A stretch of 64,000 nt of DNA. It comes from an uncultured Candidatus Saccharibacteria bacterium. Lineage in GTDB: Bacteria > Patescibacteriota > Saccharimonadia > Saccharimonadales > JAGQNJ01. Below, in pieces: positions 10,579 through 19,368 of this stretch (the first letter of the stretch is position 1; the number at the start of each line of letters is the position of its first letter). The stretch lies in NCBI GenBank assembly GCA_964426845.1, contig CAYRSA010000003.1, positions 70,751 to 134,750 of the forward strand, in the 5' to 3' direction. A program made the position numbers and the translations under genes. The notes below the pieces were generated by a model, which saw nothing but the letters and a program-made list of their open reading frames with translations, did not search any database and was not told the origin of the DNA.

Positions 10579-11169
10579 ATGGTTAAGAAGTTACCAGACC
10601 TGGAAAAACATAAACACTCTCGGCTGAGTCAGGTGTTTGGTTCAAAGCGCAATCGGATGCTAGTGATCGTTGGCGTACTTGTCTTGGCTATAGTTGTAGC
10701 GGCCGCCATAATTATCAGTCAGCCTTCTCAAGACGAGCAAGACATAGCTGATATGAATGCCCTCAGTGAACAATCGGCTGCTTTGGTGGCGGACTATAAG
10801 TATGGTCAAGCTATAGCCCTGTGGCAGGCATTCTTAAAGAAACCACTCAGCCCAGACGTAAAGTGTGAGGCTAATTTGCGCTATGGCATAACCCTTTTAG
10901 ATAGCTTTAAGTACAATGATGCCTACGATAACCTCGTCGGCCTGCAGGAATCATGCAAAAATGTCGATCAGTACACTTTGACCTTAGGCTTAGCTAAGAG
11001 CGCCGATGGCGGGGCCCGAATTGTTCCAGCTATCGACAATTACAAAAAGGTCATTGACCAATTGAAACAAAGGCAAGAAAATCCACCCAAAGATTTCAAC
11101 GCTGAAGAGAATCAAAAGATGATTGCCGATTACCAAGAGACAATAAAGATTTTGGAGAGCAACTTATGA
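10579..11169 (+). CDS. Membrane-anchored helical-repeat (TPR-like) protein, copy 1
   Basis: 196 aa with an N-terminal TM anchor and then alpha-helical repeats (YKYGQAIALWQAFLKK). A TATAAT box lies at 10539-10544. 4-nt overlap with the next gene. Confidence 0.5.
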   Translation: MVKKLPDLEKHKHSRLSQVFGSKRNRMLVIVGVLVLAIVVAAAIIISQPSQDEQDIADMNALSEQSAALVADYKYGQAIALWQAFLKKPLSPDVKCEANLRYGITLLDSFKYNDAYDNLVGLQESCKNVDQYTLTLGLAKSADGGARIVPAIDNYKKVIDQLKQRQENPPKDFNAEENQKMIADYQETIKILESNL

Positions 11170-13496
11170 TCGCCCGAAAGCTAAAACGCCTAGTTCTGCT
11201 TGCTGCGGTGAGTTTATTATTTTTGACAGGTGTGGCTGGCTCGCTGCTGTTCCAGGCTAGCAAGGCTTTTGCCCAGGCGCCAGGCCTTAGGTTCCAGGTA
11301 CTGAAGAACGGTTCTTGTACTACTTCGGTAAATTCCGGAGACTTTGTAAATGTCAAAATATTTCGTGACGCCACCAGCGGTACTATAAGTAGCCTACAAG
11401 TTAAAGTTAATGGTGCCAATGTGACTACAAATCCCAGCTCAATTACCGGTTCGGCTAGCAACTTAGAAATTGCTGCGCCGACGCTGTCACAAAACCCCAG
11501 CACTATAACCGTCACCGGTTGGAATAACAACCAAAGCCAATCTGTAACATTTACCGCCTATTGCCAAGCTTCTGGTGTCAATTATGGCACTAACGGCTGG
11601 GGAGTGACAGTTAACACCAATACCAGTGGCGGCAGTAGCGGAACCGTCAATACAACTGCCTGCACGCCAACAGCCTGGTTTCAGCAGGGTAATTCTAGCT
11701 CGGCCAGCAGAATGTCCTATCTAGACTTGTCCCAGTCGAGTGCGACAGTTGTGAATAGCGGAGCCGCCTATACAGCCCAATTAAACGGCTCTGGTTATAA
11801 TAAGACCGACCAATACTTCTATGGCTTTACGCCTAGTTCTGGTTACGGTACGCCCGGTACTTTGTACCAATTCGATAGTCAAGGTGGCTCTAGAAGTCTG
11901 GGAATAGTCCTGCCTTCAGCAACCTACGGTGATGGTTGGTTTGCCGGTGATGTTCGAGGAGCTGGCATTCCTGGCCAAGATAACTACCTGTACGTAGTTC
12001 AATTAAACAGCAACAAGATCTACAAGATTAATCTGGGAACTGTAAGCGGCGCAGCCACCAACAGAATAGCTGCAACCGTTACTACTAGCAGAACTACCAG
12101 GCTTAACGATGTCGCCTTTAGTCCCCAGGACGGCAAGCTTTACGGATTTGATCAGAACCAAGGGGTTTTTGTAAGAGTTGACCCAAGTAGCGGCACAGTA
12201 ACTAATATTAGCCAGCCCTATACAGCCAATCCTCACGGTGTAGCCTGGTTCTACCAAACTAGCAGTGGCACCGCTTTTTACTCCTATGACAACACAGGAC
12301 AAATATACAGGTTTCTAGGTATCGAAAACTACGGTCCTGGCAATCTTTTGCCAGTCCAGCCACCTTGGAAATCGGCTACCTCAACCCAACAAAACGATGG
12401 TTCAGTCTGTGCCACTACTGGAGACCCGTTCTGTACGGCTCCTGATGGCTCCACCTGGCCCATTGGCCACGCCAATTGTAATCCTCCACCACCGGACGTT
12501 TGCCCTAACATAGCCGGCAGCCAGACGGCTGTGCCAACTGGCTACGTCAAGAACTCCGCTGGAGACTGTGTCATACCAGCTACGCCTTATCTAAGAGCCT
12601 ACGGCAACGATTTGGCGGTGGGTAGTGCTTTTGGGGCTAGTTGTGACGTTCGTGATAATGATGCTACATTCCGAGCTCGCGCTAGGTCAGTAACTAGTAA
12701 TACTTGGTCTGGGGCCTCCGGCCAATTTGCGCTCTTGGCTTTGGGCCAAATTGACGGCTTCTATAGCTCGAACCTGCGCAATCCGCCCACAGGTCCTCCT
12801 AATCCGCGAGTCGGTTTAACTTTCGGTAACTTCAACGGCTCGGCCCAGGTTACTGACTACGGGGGCTCAGGTGCTCAAAGCCGCTGTTTACCAGATTTCA
12901 TGAACAAGGCTTTTGCTGGTCAGTTAGAGACGGGCAATCGTACAATCAACACCACATCAGTCCCCGAATGCACAACTGCTACAGCAGCAACCTGTAGACA
13001 GGCTAGATTCATCCGCGGCGACGTCTATATCAATGGCAATATCACCTTTGATAACGCGGGTGGCTGGTCATCACCGAATAAGATCCCTAGTTACTACTTG
13101 GTCGTGGAGGGAAATATCTACATAGCTCCGGGAGTTACTCAATTAGACGGCGTGTTCATAGCCCAACCTAAGTTCACCGGTGGGGTAATGGACGCCAACA
13201 CCGGACAGATCCGCACCTGCGCCAGCTCGACGGGTGGAAACTTCACAACCATAAGCGCCTGTAACAATACATTGACAGTTAATGGAGCATTTATTGCTCA
13301 CCGCGTACTTTTCCAGCGCACAAAAGGTGACTCTAACGCCGCCAGCGCCACTGAAGGAGTCAATGATACTGGCAATGTGGCTGAGGTATTCAAGTTTAGC
13401 CCCGAGACTTATCTGGCGACACCGCCAGCAAATTTCCAAACCGGTCAGTCTCTCAAGAAGTACGATTTCATCACCAGTCTGCCGCCAGTCCTGTAA
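11166..13496 (+). CDS. Large secreted protein, putative pilus-tip adhesin (PilY1-position), copy 1
   Basis: 776 aa with a signal peptide ending AFAQA. It has a beta-rich Thr/Ser/Gly composition and propeller-like repeats (DVAFSPQDGKLYGFDQNQGVFVRVDPSSG). The functional call rests on its position after the minor pilins only. Confidence 0.5.
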   Translation: MIARKLKRLVLLAAVSLLFLTGVAGSLLFQASKAFAQAPGLRFQVLKNGSCTTSVNSGDFVNVKIFRDATSGTISSLQVKVNGANVTTNPSSITGSASNLEIAAPTLSQNPSTITVTGWNNNQSQSVTFTAYCQASGVNYGTNGWGVTVNTNTSGGSSGTVNTTACTPTAWFQQGNSSSASRMSYLDLSQSSATVVNSGAAYTAQLNGSGYNKTDQYFYGFTPSSGYGTPGTLYQFDSQGGSRSLGIVLPSATYGDGWFAGDVRGAGIPGQDNYLYVVQLNSNKIYKINLGTVSGAATNRIAATVTTSRTTRLNDVAFSPQDGKLYGFDQNQGVFVRVDPSSGTVTNISQPYTANPHGVAWFYQTSSGTAFYSYDNTGQIYRFLGIENYGPGNLLPVQPPWKSATSTQQNDGSVCATTGDPFCTAPDGSTWPIGHANCNPPPPDVCPNIAGSQTAVPTGYVKNSAGDCVIPATPYLRAYGNDLAVGSAFGASCDVRDNDATFRARARSVTSNTWSGASGQFALLALGQIDGFYSSNLRNPPTGPPNPRVGLTFGNFNGSAQVTDYGGSGAQSRCLPDFMNKAFAGQLETGNRTINTTSVPECTTATAATCRQARFIRGDVYINGNITFDNAGGWSSPNKIPSYYLVVEGNIYIAPGVTQLDGVFIAQPKFTGGVMDANTGQIRTCASSTGGNFTTISACNNTLTVNGAFIAHRVLFQRTKGDSNAASATEGVNDTGNVAEVFKFSPETYLATPPANFQTGQSLKKYDFITSLPPVL

Positions 13497-13613
13497 GTAT
13501 TTTTCCACAACGGGGTAAACGGACCTTAAAAGAGCCTTGCAATTCAAAGTGTTTATGGTTACCATACAAGTATCAATCTATAAACGGGCATCGAATAAAG
13601 GGGTAAAATAACA

Positions 13614-14093
13614 ATGAAAAAACTACAAAAAGAGCAAAAAGGCTTCACAATCATCGAAGTTATGATCGTCTTGGTCATCGCTGCGGTGATCATCCTGATC
13701 GTTTTCTTGGCGGTTCCAGCCTTGCAACGTAACGCTCGAAACAACCAACGTAAGAGCGACGCCGCTCGTATTAGCGCAGCTGTTAGTGAGTATACCAACA
13801 ATACTAACGGTAGCCTGCCAACTACTTGGGGTAACATCAAGCCTTACCTAGGTAACATGGCTTTCTATACCACCCTGCCAGCAGACGGTGACGCAATTGG
13901 TAACGCGACAGCCAACCAAACAGTTGCTACCGCTGACACCGCTCCAGCTGTGGCCAAAAGGGCAACCTGCAACACTACGGCCGGCGACGTTAACATCGGT
14001 AAAGCCGTAACCAGTACTCAAGATAGACAATTTGTCGTTCTCTACAAAACTGAAGGTGGATCAACCGAACCTTCTCAGTGTATTGCTGGCTAA
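13614..14093 (+). CDS. pilA: Major type IV pilin, copy 1
   Basis: KEQKG/FTIIEVMIVLVIAAVIILIVFLAV with Glu+5. 159 aa with a C-terminal Cys pair. It has its own upstream spacer and RBS and is followed by a strong terminator. Confidence 0.8.
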   Translation: MKKLQKEQKGFTIIEVMIVLVIAAVIILIVFLAVPALQRNARNNQRKSDAARISAAVSEYTNNTNGSLPTTWGNIKPYLGNMAFYTTLPADGDAIGNATANQTVATADTAPAVAKRATCNTTAGDVNIGKAVTSTQDRQFVVLYKTEGGSTEPSQCIAG

Positions 14094-14112
14094 TAGCTAA
14101 CAACTAGTACTT

Positions 14113-14136
14113 AAACAGCCCTTCGGGGCTGTTTTT
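14113..14136. terminator. Bidirectional intrinsic terminator between pilA and xer, copy 1
   Basis: aaacagccc-ttcg-gggctgttttt: a 9-bp stem and UUCG loop, with an A-tract on one side and a T-tract on the other. Confidence 0.7.
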
Positions 14137-14144
14137 GATTGGCT

Positions 14145-15059
14145 TTATTCAGCTTTGCGGTGATATTGGTCGTGAACTTTTTTGAGGTGGGGGTCAGTGA
14201 CATGAGTGTATATCTGGGTAGTAGCCACGTTGCTGTGGCCCAGCATGGCCTGGACGGACCGCAGATCGGCTCCATTCATAAGCAAGTCAGTGGCGAAAGA
14301 GTGGCGCAGGGTGTGCGGGGAGACGTGTTTGGTGATGCCGGCTAGCTTGGCGTAGCGGGCCACCATCCGCTGGATGCTGCGGGCAGTTAGGCGTTTATAG
14401 TTGCCGCTATTATCAGCAGTTGAGCGGCCACCATAGCTAATAAACAGGGGTGGCAGACTATCCTCACGTCGGTTTAAATAGCCCTGAACCCAATCAGCCG
14501 CGGTAGGGCTTATGAAAATCGGCCGGTCCTTCTGGCCCTTGCCTCGGACCATGAACTCCCGGCGTTGCATGTTTACATGGTCGCGGTTGAGATTGACCAG
14601 TTCCGAGACCCGCAAGCCACTGGAGAATAGCAATTCCAAGATGGCTCGGTCGCGCAGTCCGCTGATTTCTTGGATCTTGGGTTGGGCGAACAGGCGTTCT
14701 AGCTCTTCAGGGTTAAGGAAGGTTACTTGCTTTCGTCGAGTGCGGGCTAGTTCAATTTTGTCAGCTGACAGGGCAGGGATGCTCCGCCGAGCACAGAATT
14801 TCAGAAATGAACGGAGGGCAATTAGATGATAGTTTTGGGTAGTTTTGTCCAACTCATCAGAGGTGTTGGTGCCCAGGCGGTTCAGCCACAGGCGCCATTT
14901 TTGGATAAGTTCAGGAGTGATATCCGAAACGTTGATATCGCCGGCATAGTCTTCTAGACGGGTGAGGTAGTGGTCGTAGTTATGAATGGTTTTTCCGGAG
15001 CGGTTTTGCTCGATCTCTAAGTATTCTAGAAAATCGGTCTTGGCTTTGGAAAAACGCAT
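14145..15059 (-). CDS. Xer-type site-specific tyrosine recombinase, copy 1
   Basis: 305 aa from ATG 15059 (MRFSKAKTDF). Catalytic signature GLRVSEL, HTLRHSFAT, LGHSNVATTQIYTHV. The listed 407-aa ORF is an artefactual upstream extension. Confidence 0.85.
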   Translation of the reverse strand: MRFSKAKTDFLEYLEIEQNRSGKTIHNYDHYLTRLEDYAGDINVSDITPELIQKWRLWLNRLGTNTSDELDKTTQNYHLIALRSFLKFCARRSIPALSADKIELARTRRKQVTFLNPEELERLFAQPKIQEISGLRDRAILELLFSSGLRVSELVNLNRDHVNMQRREFMVRGKGQKDRPIFISPTAADWVQGYLNRREDSLPPLFISYGGRSTADNSGNYKRLTARSIQRMVARYAKLAGITKHVSPHTLRHSFATDLLMNGADLRSVQAMLGHSNVATTQIYTHVTDPHLKKVHDQYHRKAE

Positions 15060-15161
15060 ACTCTTATTGTAATACACTAATGCTTCCAACCGGCATTCTA
15101 ATCTGTTATACTGCCCATAAGAATACAAAATGTATACAATAATCAGCAAAAGGAGACAGCC

Positions 15162-15182
15162 TTGGAACGAACTCTCATTATT
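15162..15182 (+). other. Duplicated ndk 5' end (TTG start + 6 codons) at the duplication joint
   Basis: Matches 23361-23381 except one base at 15179. The ndk frame stops after 11 codons (MERTLIIDWWW*). Confidence 0.85.
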
Positions 15183-15432
15183 GATTGGTGGTGGTGACGT
15201 CAAGCTGGCAGTCATCCTAGGGGTTTTTGCAGGAGGTTTTATAGAGGGAGTTATACTAATCTTTATTGCTTCACTGCTGGGGACGATTGTCTCGTTACCG
15301 CTAGTTATTATGGGCAAGGGCCGAGGTAAGCAAATACCATTTGGCCCCTTTTTGATAATTGCCACCATTATCGTTTACCTATTTGGAGCCAGTATTATAG
15401 CCGAGTATAAACAGCGGTTCCTTCTCATATAA
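15183..15432 (+). pseudogene. pilD: pilD 3' fragment (codons ~189-271) created by the duplication
   Basis: Aligns to 6984-7233 with 12 substitutions. It lacks the N-terminal two thirds of pilD. Confidence 0.85.
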
Positions 15433-15461
15433 AAAACAAAGCTTATGCTATACTTATAGCT

Positions 15462-16310
15462 ATGAAAGAGGGCAGGTCCGGCAGGCTTACTGGCGGGTTC
15501 ACGATTTTAGAGGTGATGATTTTTTTAATCATCACTGGCGTGTTGCTCGTCGCCGCCATGTCTCTATTGAGCGGTCAGCATAATAGAACGGCCTTTAGGC
15601 AATCAATCCGCGAGAACGAATCACAGTTTAAGACTACTATCAACGAGGTGGCCAGTGGTTTTTATCCCAACAACGGCAATTTTAGTTGCACAGTCAGCCC
15701 GGGCGGCATACCGACTTTTACCAGCGCTACAGCAACCGAACAAGGCCAAAACGAAGACTGTCTTTTCCTGGGCAAAGTAGTCAGGGTTAATCCTGGAGGC
15801 ACGAGTTATAGTATTTATACCATCGCCGGACGCCGACTAGTCAGTGGTACAGAGGTGACGCAACTACAAGACGCTAATCCCAGGCCAGTGGCCCGGTTTA
15901 GTGGTGATCCGGTAAATACACCGGATGTAACTCAGACGGTAAATCTGCCATCCGACATCCAGATAACTAAGGTAGTCAGCATAAGTACGGCCGGCGTGCA
16001 AACAACAATTGACGCTTTTGGGTTTATGATGTCGGTCGGCAAGACCTCTGGTGGTGACTTGGTTTCCGGGGCTCAGGCTATCAGTCTGGTGCCACTGCCT
16101 AATCCAGCTCCTAACGATAATGACTTCAAAACCGGTATAAGCGGGATGCAGCAAGTTCACGTTGGCAGTGCTAAAACGATCGTCTTATGCGTAAGACAAG
16201 GTGGGACCGGCGGTGCCCAAGGAGCAATTGTATTTGGGTCGCAAGGCCGACAACTTAGTACGGAAGTAATAATAGGAGCTCCGCCCAGCGGATATACGTG
16301 CCCAGCATGA
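15462..16310 (+). CDS. Prepilin-like protein (minor pilin candidate), copy 2
   Basis: Translation identical to 7263-8111 (offset +8199). Confidence 0.7.
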   Translation: MKEGRSGRLTGGFTILEVMIFLIITGVLLVAAMSLLSGQHNRTAFRQSIRENESQFKTTINEVASGFYPNNGNFSCTVSPGGIPTFTSATATEQGQNEDCLFLGKVVRVNPGGTSYSIYTIAGRRLVSGTEVTQLQDANPRPVARFSGDPVNTPDVTQTVNLPSDIQITKVVSISTAGVQTTIDAFGFMMSVGKTSGGDLVSGAQAISLVPLPNPAPNDNDFKTGISGMQQVHVGSAKTIVLCVRQGGTGGAQGAIVFGSQGRQLSTEVIIGAPPSGYTCPA

Positions 16311-16810
16311 AACAACTAGATAGAAACCACCACATCAACAATCAACGAGGCGATACCATCGTCGAAGTTCTAATATGCCTGATGATTATCGGGCTGGCTA
16401 TAGGCATTGGCTACGGCATCGCCTCGCGTAGTCTAAAAGCCGCTCGCCAAGCTCAAGAGCGCACCGAGGCAGTTAAAATCGCTGAAGGCCAAGTCGAGAG
16501 GATTAAAGGTGTGTTGGCTGGAGTTAACACGGCTGAAAAGGATAAGATTACAGACCAGTCCACCAACGTTTTTTGTATGAATAGCTCTGGCGCAGTCGTC
16601 ACCTTTCCTGGTGCCTACGGCACCACCATCAAGAATTTAGACAGCGACGATCTTACCAACTATCCAGCTGACTGTACTCAAGGGCTTTACAAGGTAATTA
16701 TTGACCAGGACACGGCAACCCCTAACCAGTTTGCTGTTGTGGTGCGCTGGGAAAGCCTTGGTGCCGGCAAACGTGAGGAAGTAAAAATTAAGTACAAGGT
16801 TTATCAATAG
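16298..16810 (+). CDS. Prepilin-like protein (minor pilin candidate), copy 2
   Basis: Translation identical to 8099-8611 (offset +8199). Confidence 0.65.
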   Translation: MPSMKQLDRNHHINNQRGDTIVEVLICLMIIGLAIGIGYGIASRSLKAARQAQERTEAVKIAEGQVERIKGVLAGVNTAEKDKITDQSTNVFCMNSSGAVVTFPGAYGTTIKNLDSDDLTNYPADCTQGLYKVIIDQDTATPNQFAVVVRWESLGAGKREEVKIKYKVYQ

Positions 16811-17440
16811 ATGAAAAAGAACCAGGCCGGTTTTACTCTAGTTGAGCTACTAATCGCTACGTCCATCTTTGCCGTAATATTATTAGCGGCTACAGCCACC
16901 TTGATTCAGGTTGGACGCATGTACTACAAGGGTGTGATTGCTTCCAGGACCCAGGATACAGCTCGAACTCTTACCGATGACATCAGCCGAAGTTTACAAT
17001 TTAGCGGCGGTACCGTACCAACTCTAAACCTGGGTGGCAGCCCTCCCGTATCAGCAATTTGCTTTGCTGACACCCGGCTTACCTTTGTCGTGAATGTCCA
17101 GGCCCCGGAAAATATTGCCCATGCCTTGTGGCAGGATACTATCGCTGGACCGGGCAGCTGTGCGGCTAGCCCAATCAGCCTGACGGCGCCGAATCCAGGC
17201 GGGCTTGACGGCAAGGATTTGCTCGACCCGCATATGCGTCTGACTAAGCTGTCGGTGACTCCGTCGGCAGGTAGCCCAGACGTTTACGACGTAGAAGTAG
17301 GCGTGGCCTACGGTGACACCGACCTTTTCAACCTTGATGGTATGGGCAAGCCAGTTTCTTGTAAGGGCTCGGTTCTTGGCGGTCAATGGTGCGCGATATC
17401 GGAAATTAAAACGCAAGTGTTTAGAAGGGTAGAGGATTAA
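16811..17440 (+). CDS. Prepilin-like protein (PilW-type candidate), copy 2
   Basis: Translation identical to 8612-9241 (offset +8199). Confidence 0.7.
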   Translation: MKKNQAGFTLVELLIATSIFAVILLAATATLIQVGRMYYKGVIASRTQDTARTLTDDISRSLQFSGGTVPTLNLGGSPPVSAICFADTRLTFVVNVQAPENIAHALWQDTIAGPGSCAASPISLTAPNPGGLDGKDLLDPHMRLTKLSVTPSAGSPDVYDVEVGVAYGDTDLFNLDGMGKPVSCKGSVLGGQWCAISEIKTQVFRRVED

Positions 17441-17441
17441 T

Positions 17442-18683
17442 ATGAGCAAGCAATCAACCAATAAACTCAGGGCTAATCAAAGCGGTCTAGTGTCAATCCT
17501 GGTCTCTATGGTATTCATTATCATACTGACCTTGATAACCACTAGCTTTGCTTTGCTTATGCGACGTGAACAACGCCAAGCTCTGGACCGTCAACTCAGC
17601 GCCCAAGCCTTCTATGCCGCCGAGAGCGGAATCAATGATGCCATCGAGAACATTAGTGCTGGCACGGCCGTAAGTCAGGACTGCAGCAACACGACTTCTG
17701 TAATAGGCGGATCAACCGACCTTGGTGACGGTTTATCAATCAGTTGTGTGCTGATTGATAAGACCCCGAGCTCACTTGAGTATTCTGTCCCTAAAAACGA
17801 ATCTAGAGTCGTACCAGTCTTGACGTCAGAACCTATAAGTAAGATTAGAATTAGCTGGCAGGCGGAAAGCGGTCAAACGGCCTTTGCCGCCACTAGTTCT
17901 ACTTTCAATTTTCCCCAGGGAGCATATGGCTCTAATGTCAACGTTGGCGATGTTGGAGTACTTCGGGTTTCGGCCATGCCAATTACTAGCGATGTCAGTC
18001 GGTCCACTCTAACCAATAACACTCAGACAATGTTTTTATACCCGCAAACCGGAAGCGGCTCACCAAACACGCGTAACTATAATGCTAGCCCCGCTGCGCA
18101 GGGAGACATCATCAACGGTAAGTGTAATTCTGCCAATACCCCATACTGCTCGGCGGAGATCACCAACCTGCCGGGTACAAACAACTACTACCTTCGAGTT
18201 AAGTCAATCTACAAAGATAGCAATGTATCTATCAAGGCTTACAATGCTGGTGGGACGGAGCTGCCATTACTGGGGACCCAGGCCAAAATTGACTCTACCG
18301 GCAAAGCCAACGATGTTTTACGCCGTATACAGGTTAGGGTACCGATTAACAACCAGTTTATGTATCCAGAATTTGCGGTGGAAACCGCTGACGACATCTG
18401 TAAGTTGCTGCTAGCCATTCCTCCCGATACCGTCCAGGACGGCGAATGCTATACCGATTCCGATACCCCACCACCACCGCCACCACCAGCAGCCGTAGAC
18501 GTCTGCTCAAACATTGCCGGAATTCAGACAACTGTGCCCGCAGGCTATGTCTCTAACGGTAGTGGTGAATGTACGGTACCACCACCGCCACCACCAGTTT
18601 TACCCCCTTGTGAACCCGCACCTGCTTGGTGGTTGCCAGCCTATGGTACGTGGCCGCAATATCCAAGTCCTTGCACTCCATGA
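17442..18683 (+). CDS. PilX/GspK-like minor pilin candidate, copy 2
   Basis: Translation identical to 9243-10484 (offset +8199). Confidence 0.55.
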   Translation: MSKQSTNKLRANQSGLVSILVSMVFIIILTLITTSFALLMRREQRQALDRQLSAQAFYAAESGINDAIENISAGTAVSQDCSNTTSVIGGSTDLGDGLSISCVLIDKTPSSLEYSVPKNESRVVPVLTSEPISKIRISWQAESGQTAFAATSSTFNFPQGAYGSNVNVGDVGVLRVSAMPITSDVSRSTLTNNTQTMFLYPQTGSGSPNTRNYNASPAAQGDIINGKCNSANTPYCSAEITNLPGTNNYYLRVKSIYKDSNVSIKAYNAGGTELPLLGTQAKIDSTGKANDVLRRIQVRVPINNQFMYPEFAVETADDICKLLLAIPPDTVQDGECYTDSDTPPPPPPPAAVDVCSNIAGIQTTVPAGYVSNGSGECTVPPPPPPVLPPCEPAPAWWLPAYGTWPQYPSPCTP

Positions 18684-18777
18684 TAAGGCGGGTTAGGAGA
18701 TTGAAGAATATGACTGTAGAAGATGATAACATTAAGGTATAATCAAAGCATAAGAAGTTACGGGGCTAACAAGAAAA

Positions 18778-19368
18778 ATGGTTAAGAAGTTACCAGACCT
18801 GGAAAAACATAAACACTCTCGGCTGAGTCAGGTGTTTGGTTCAAAGCGCAATCGGATGCTAGTGATCGTTGGCGTACTTGTCTTGGCTATAGTTGTAGCG
18901 GCCGCCATAATTATCAGTCAGCCTTCTCAAGACGAGCAAGACATAGCTGATATGAATGCCCTCAGTGAACAATCGGCTGCTTTGGTGGCGGACTATAAGT
19001 ATGGTCAAGCTATAGCCCTGTGGCAGGCATTCTTAAAGAAACCACTCAGCCCAGACGTAAAGTGTGAGGCTAATTTGCGCTATGGCATAACCCTTTTAGA
19101 TAGCTTTAAGTACAATGATGCCTACGATAACCTCGTCGGCCTGCAGGAATCATGCAAAAATGTCGATCAGTACACTTTGACCTTAGGCTTAGCTAAGAGC
19201 GCCGATGGCGGGGCCCGAATTGTTCCAGCTATCGACAATTACAAAAAGGTCATTGACCAATTGAAACAAAGGCAAGAAAATCCACCCAAAGATTTCAACG
19301 CTGAAGAGAATCAAAAGATGATTGCCGATTACCAAGAGACAATAAAGATTTTGGAGAGCAACTTATGA
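18778..19368 (+). CDS. Membrane-anchored helical-repeat protein, copy 2
   Basis: Translation identical to 10579-11169 (offset +8199). Confidence 0.5.
   Translation: MVKKLPDLEKHKHSRLSQVFGSKRNRMLVIVGVLVLAIVVAAAIIISQPSQDEQDIADMNALSEQSAALVADYKYGQAIALWQAFLKKPLSPDVKCEANLRYGITLLDSFKYNDAYDNLVGLQESCKNVDQYTLTLGLAKSADGGARIVPAIDNYKKVIDQLKQRQENPPKDFNAEENQKMIADYQETIKILESNL

Larger units (their letters stand above)
6984..15182. repeat. Tandem duplication unit, copy 1 (8,199 bp)
   Basis: Matches 15183-23381 with period 8,199. I found no differences from 7237 to 15090. The copies differ at 13 positions in 6984-7237 and at 4 positions in 15091-15182. Confidence 0.9.

Noticed and set aside
15126-15146. A possible dif-like Xer site: the palindrome TGTATACA with AT-rich arms next to xer.
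   Set aside because: The arms are not inverted repeats of each other and do not resemble the 11-6-11 dif layout. The sequence is better explained as the ndk promoter (TACAAT) followed by AAAGGAG and the TTG start.
14145-15368. A 407-aa minus-strand ORF suggesting a much longer recombinase.
   Set aside because: The first ~100 codons are an antisense read-through of the duplicated pilD fragment and the xer-ndk spacer. The copy-2 ORF lacks this extension. The conserved recombinase starts at MRFSKAK (ATG 15059 / 23258).
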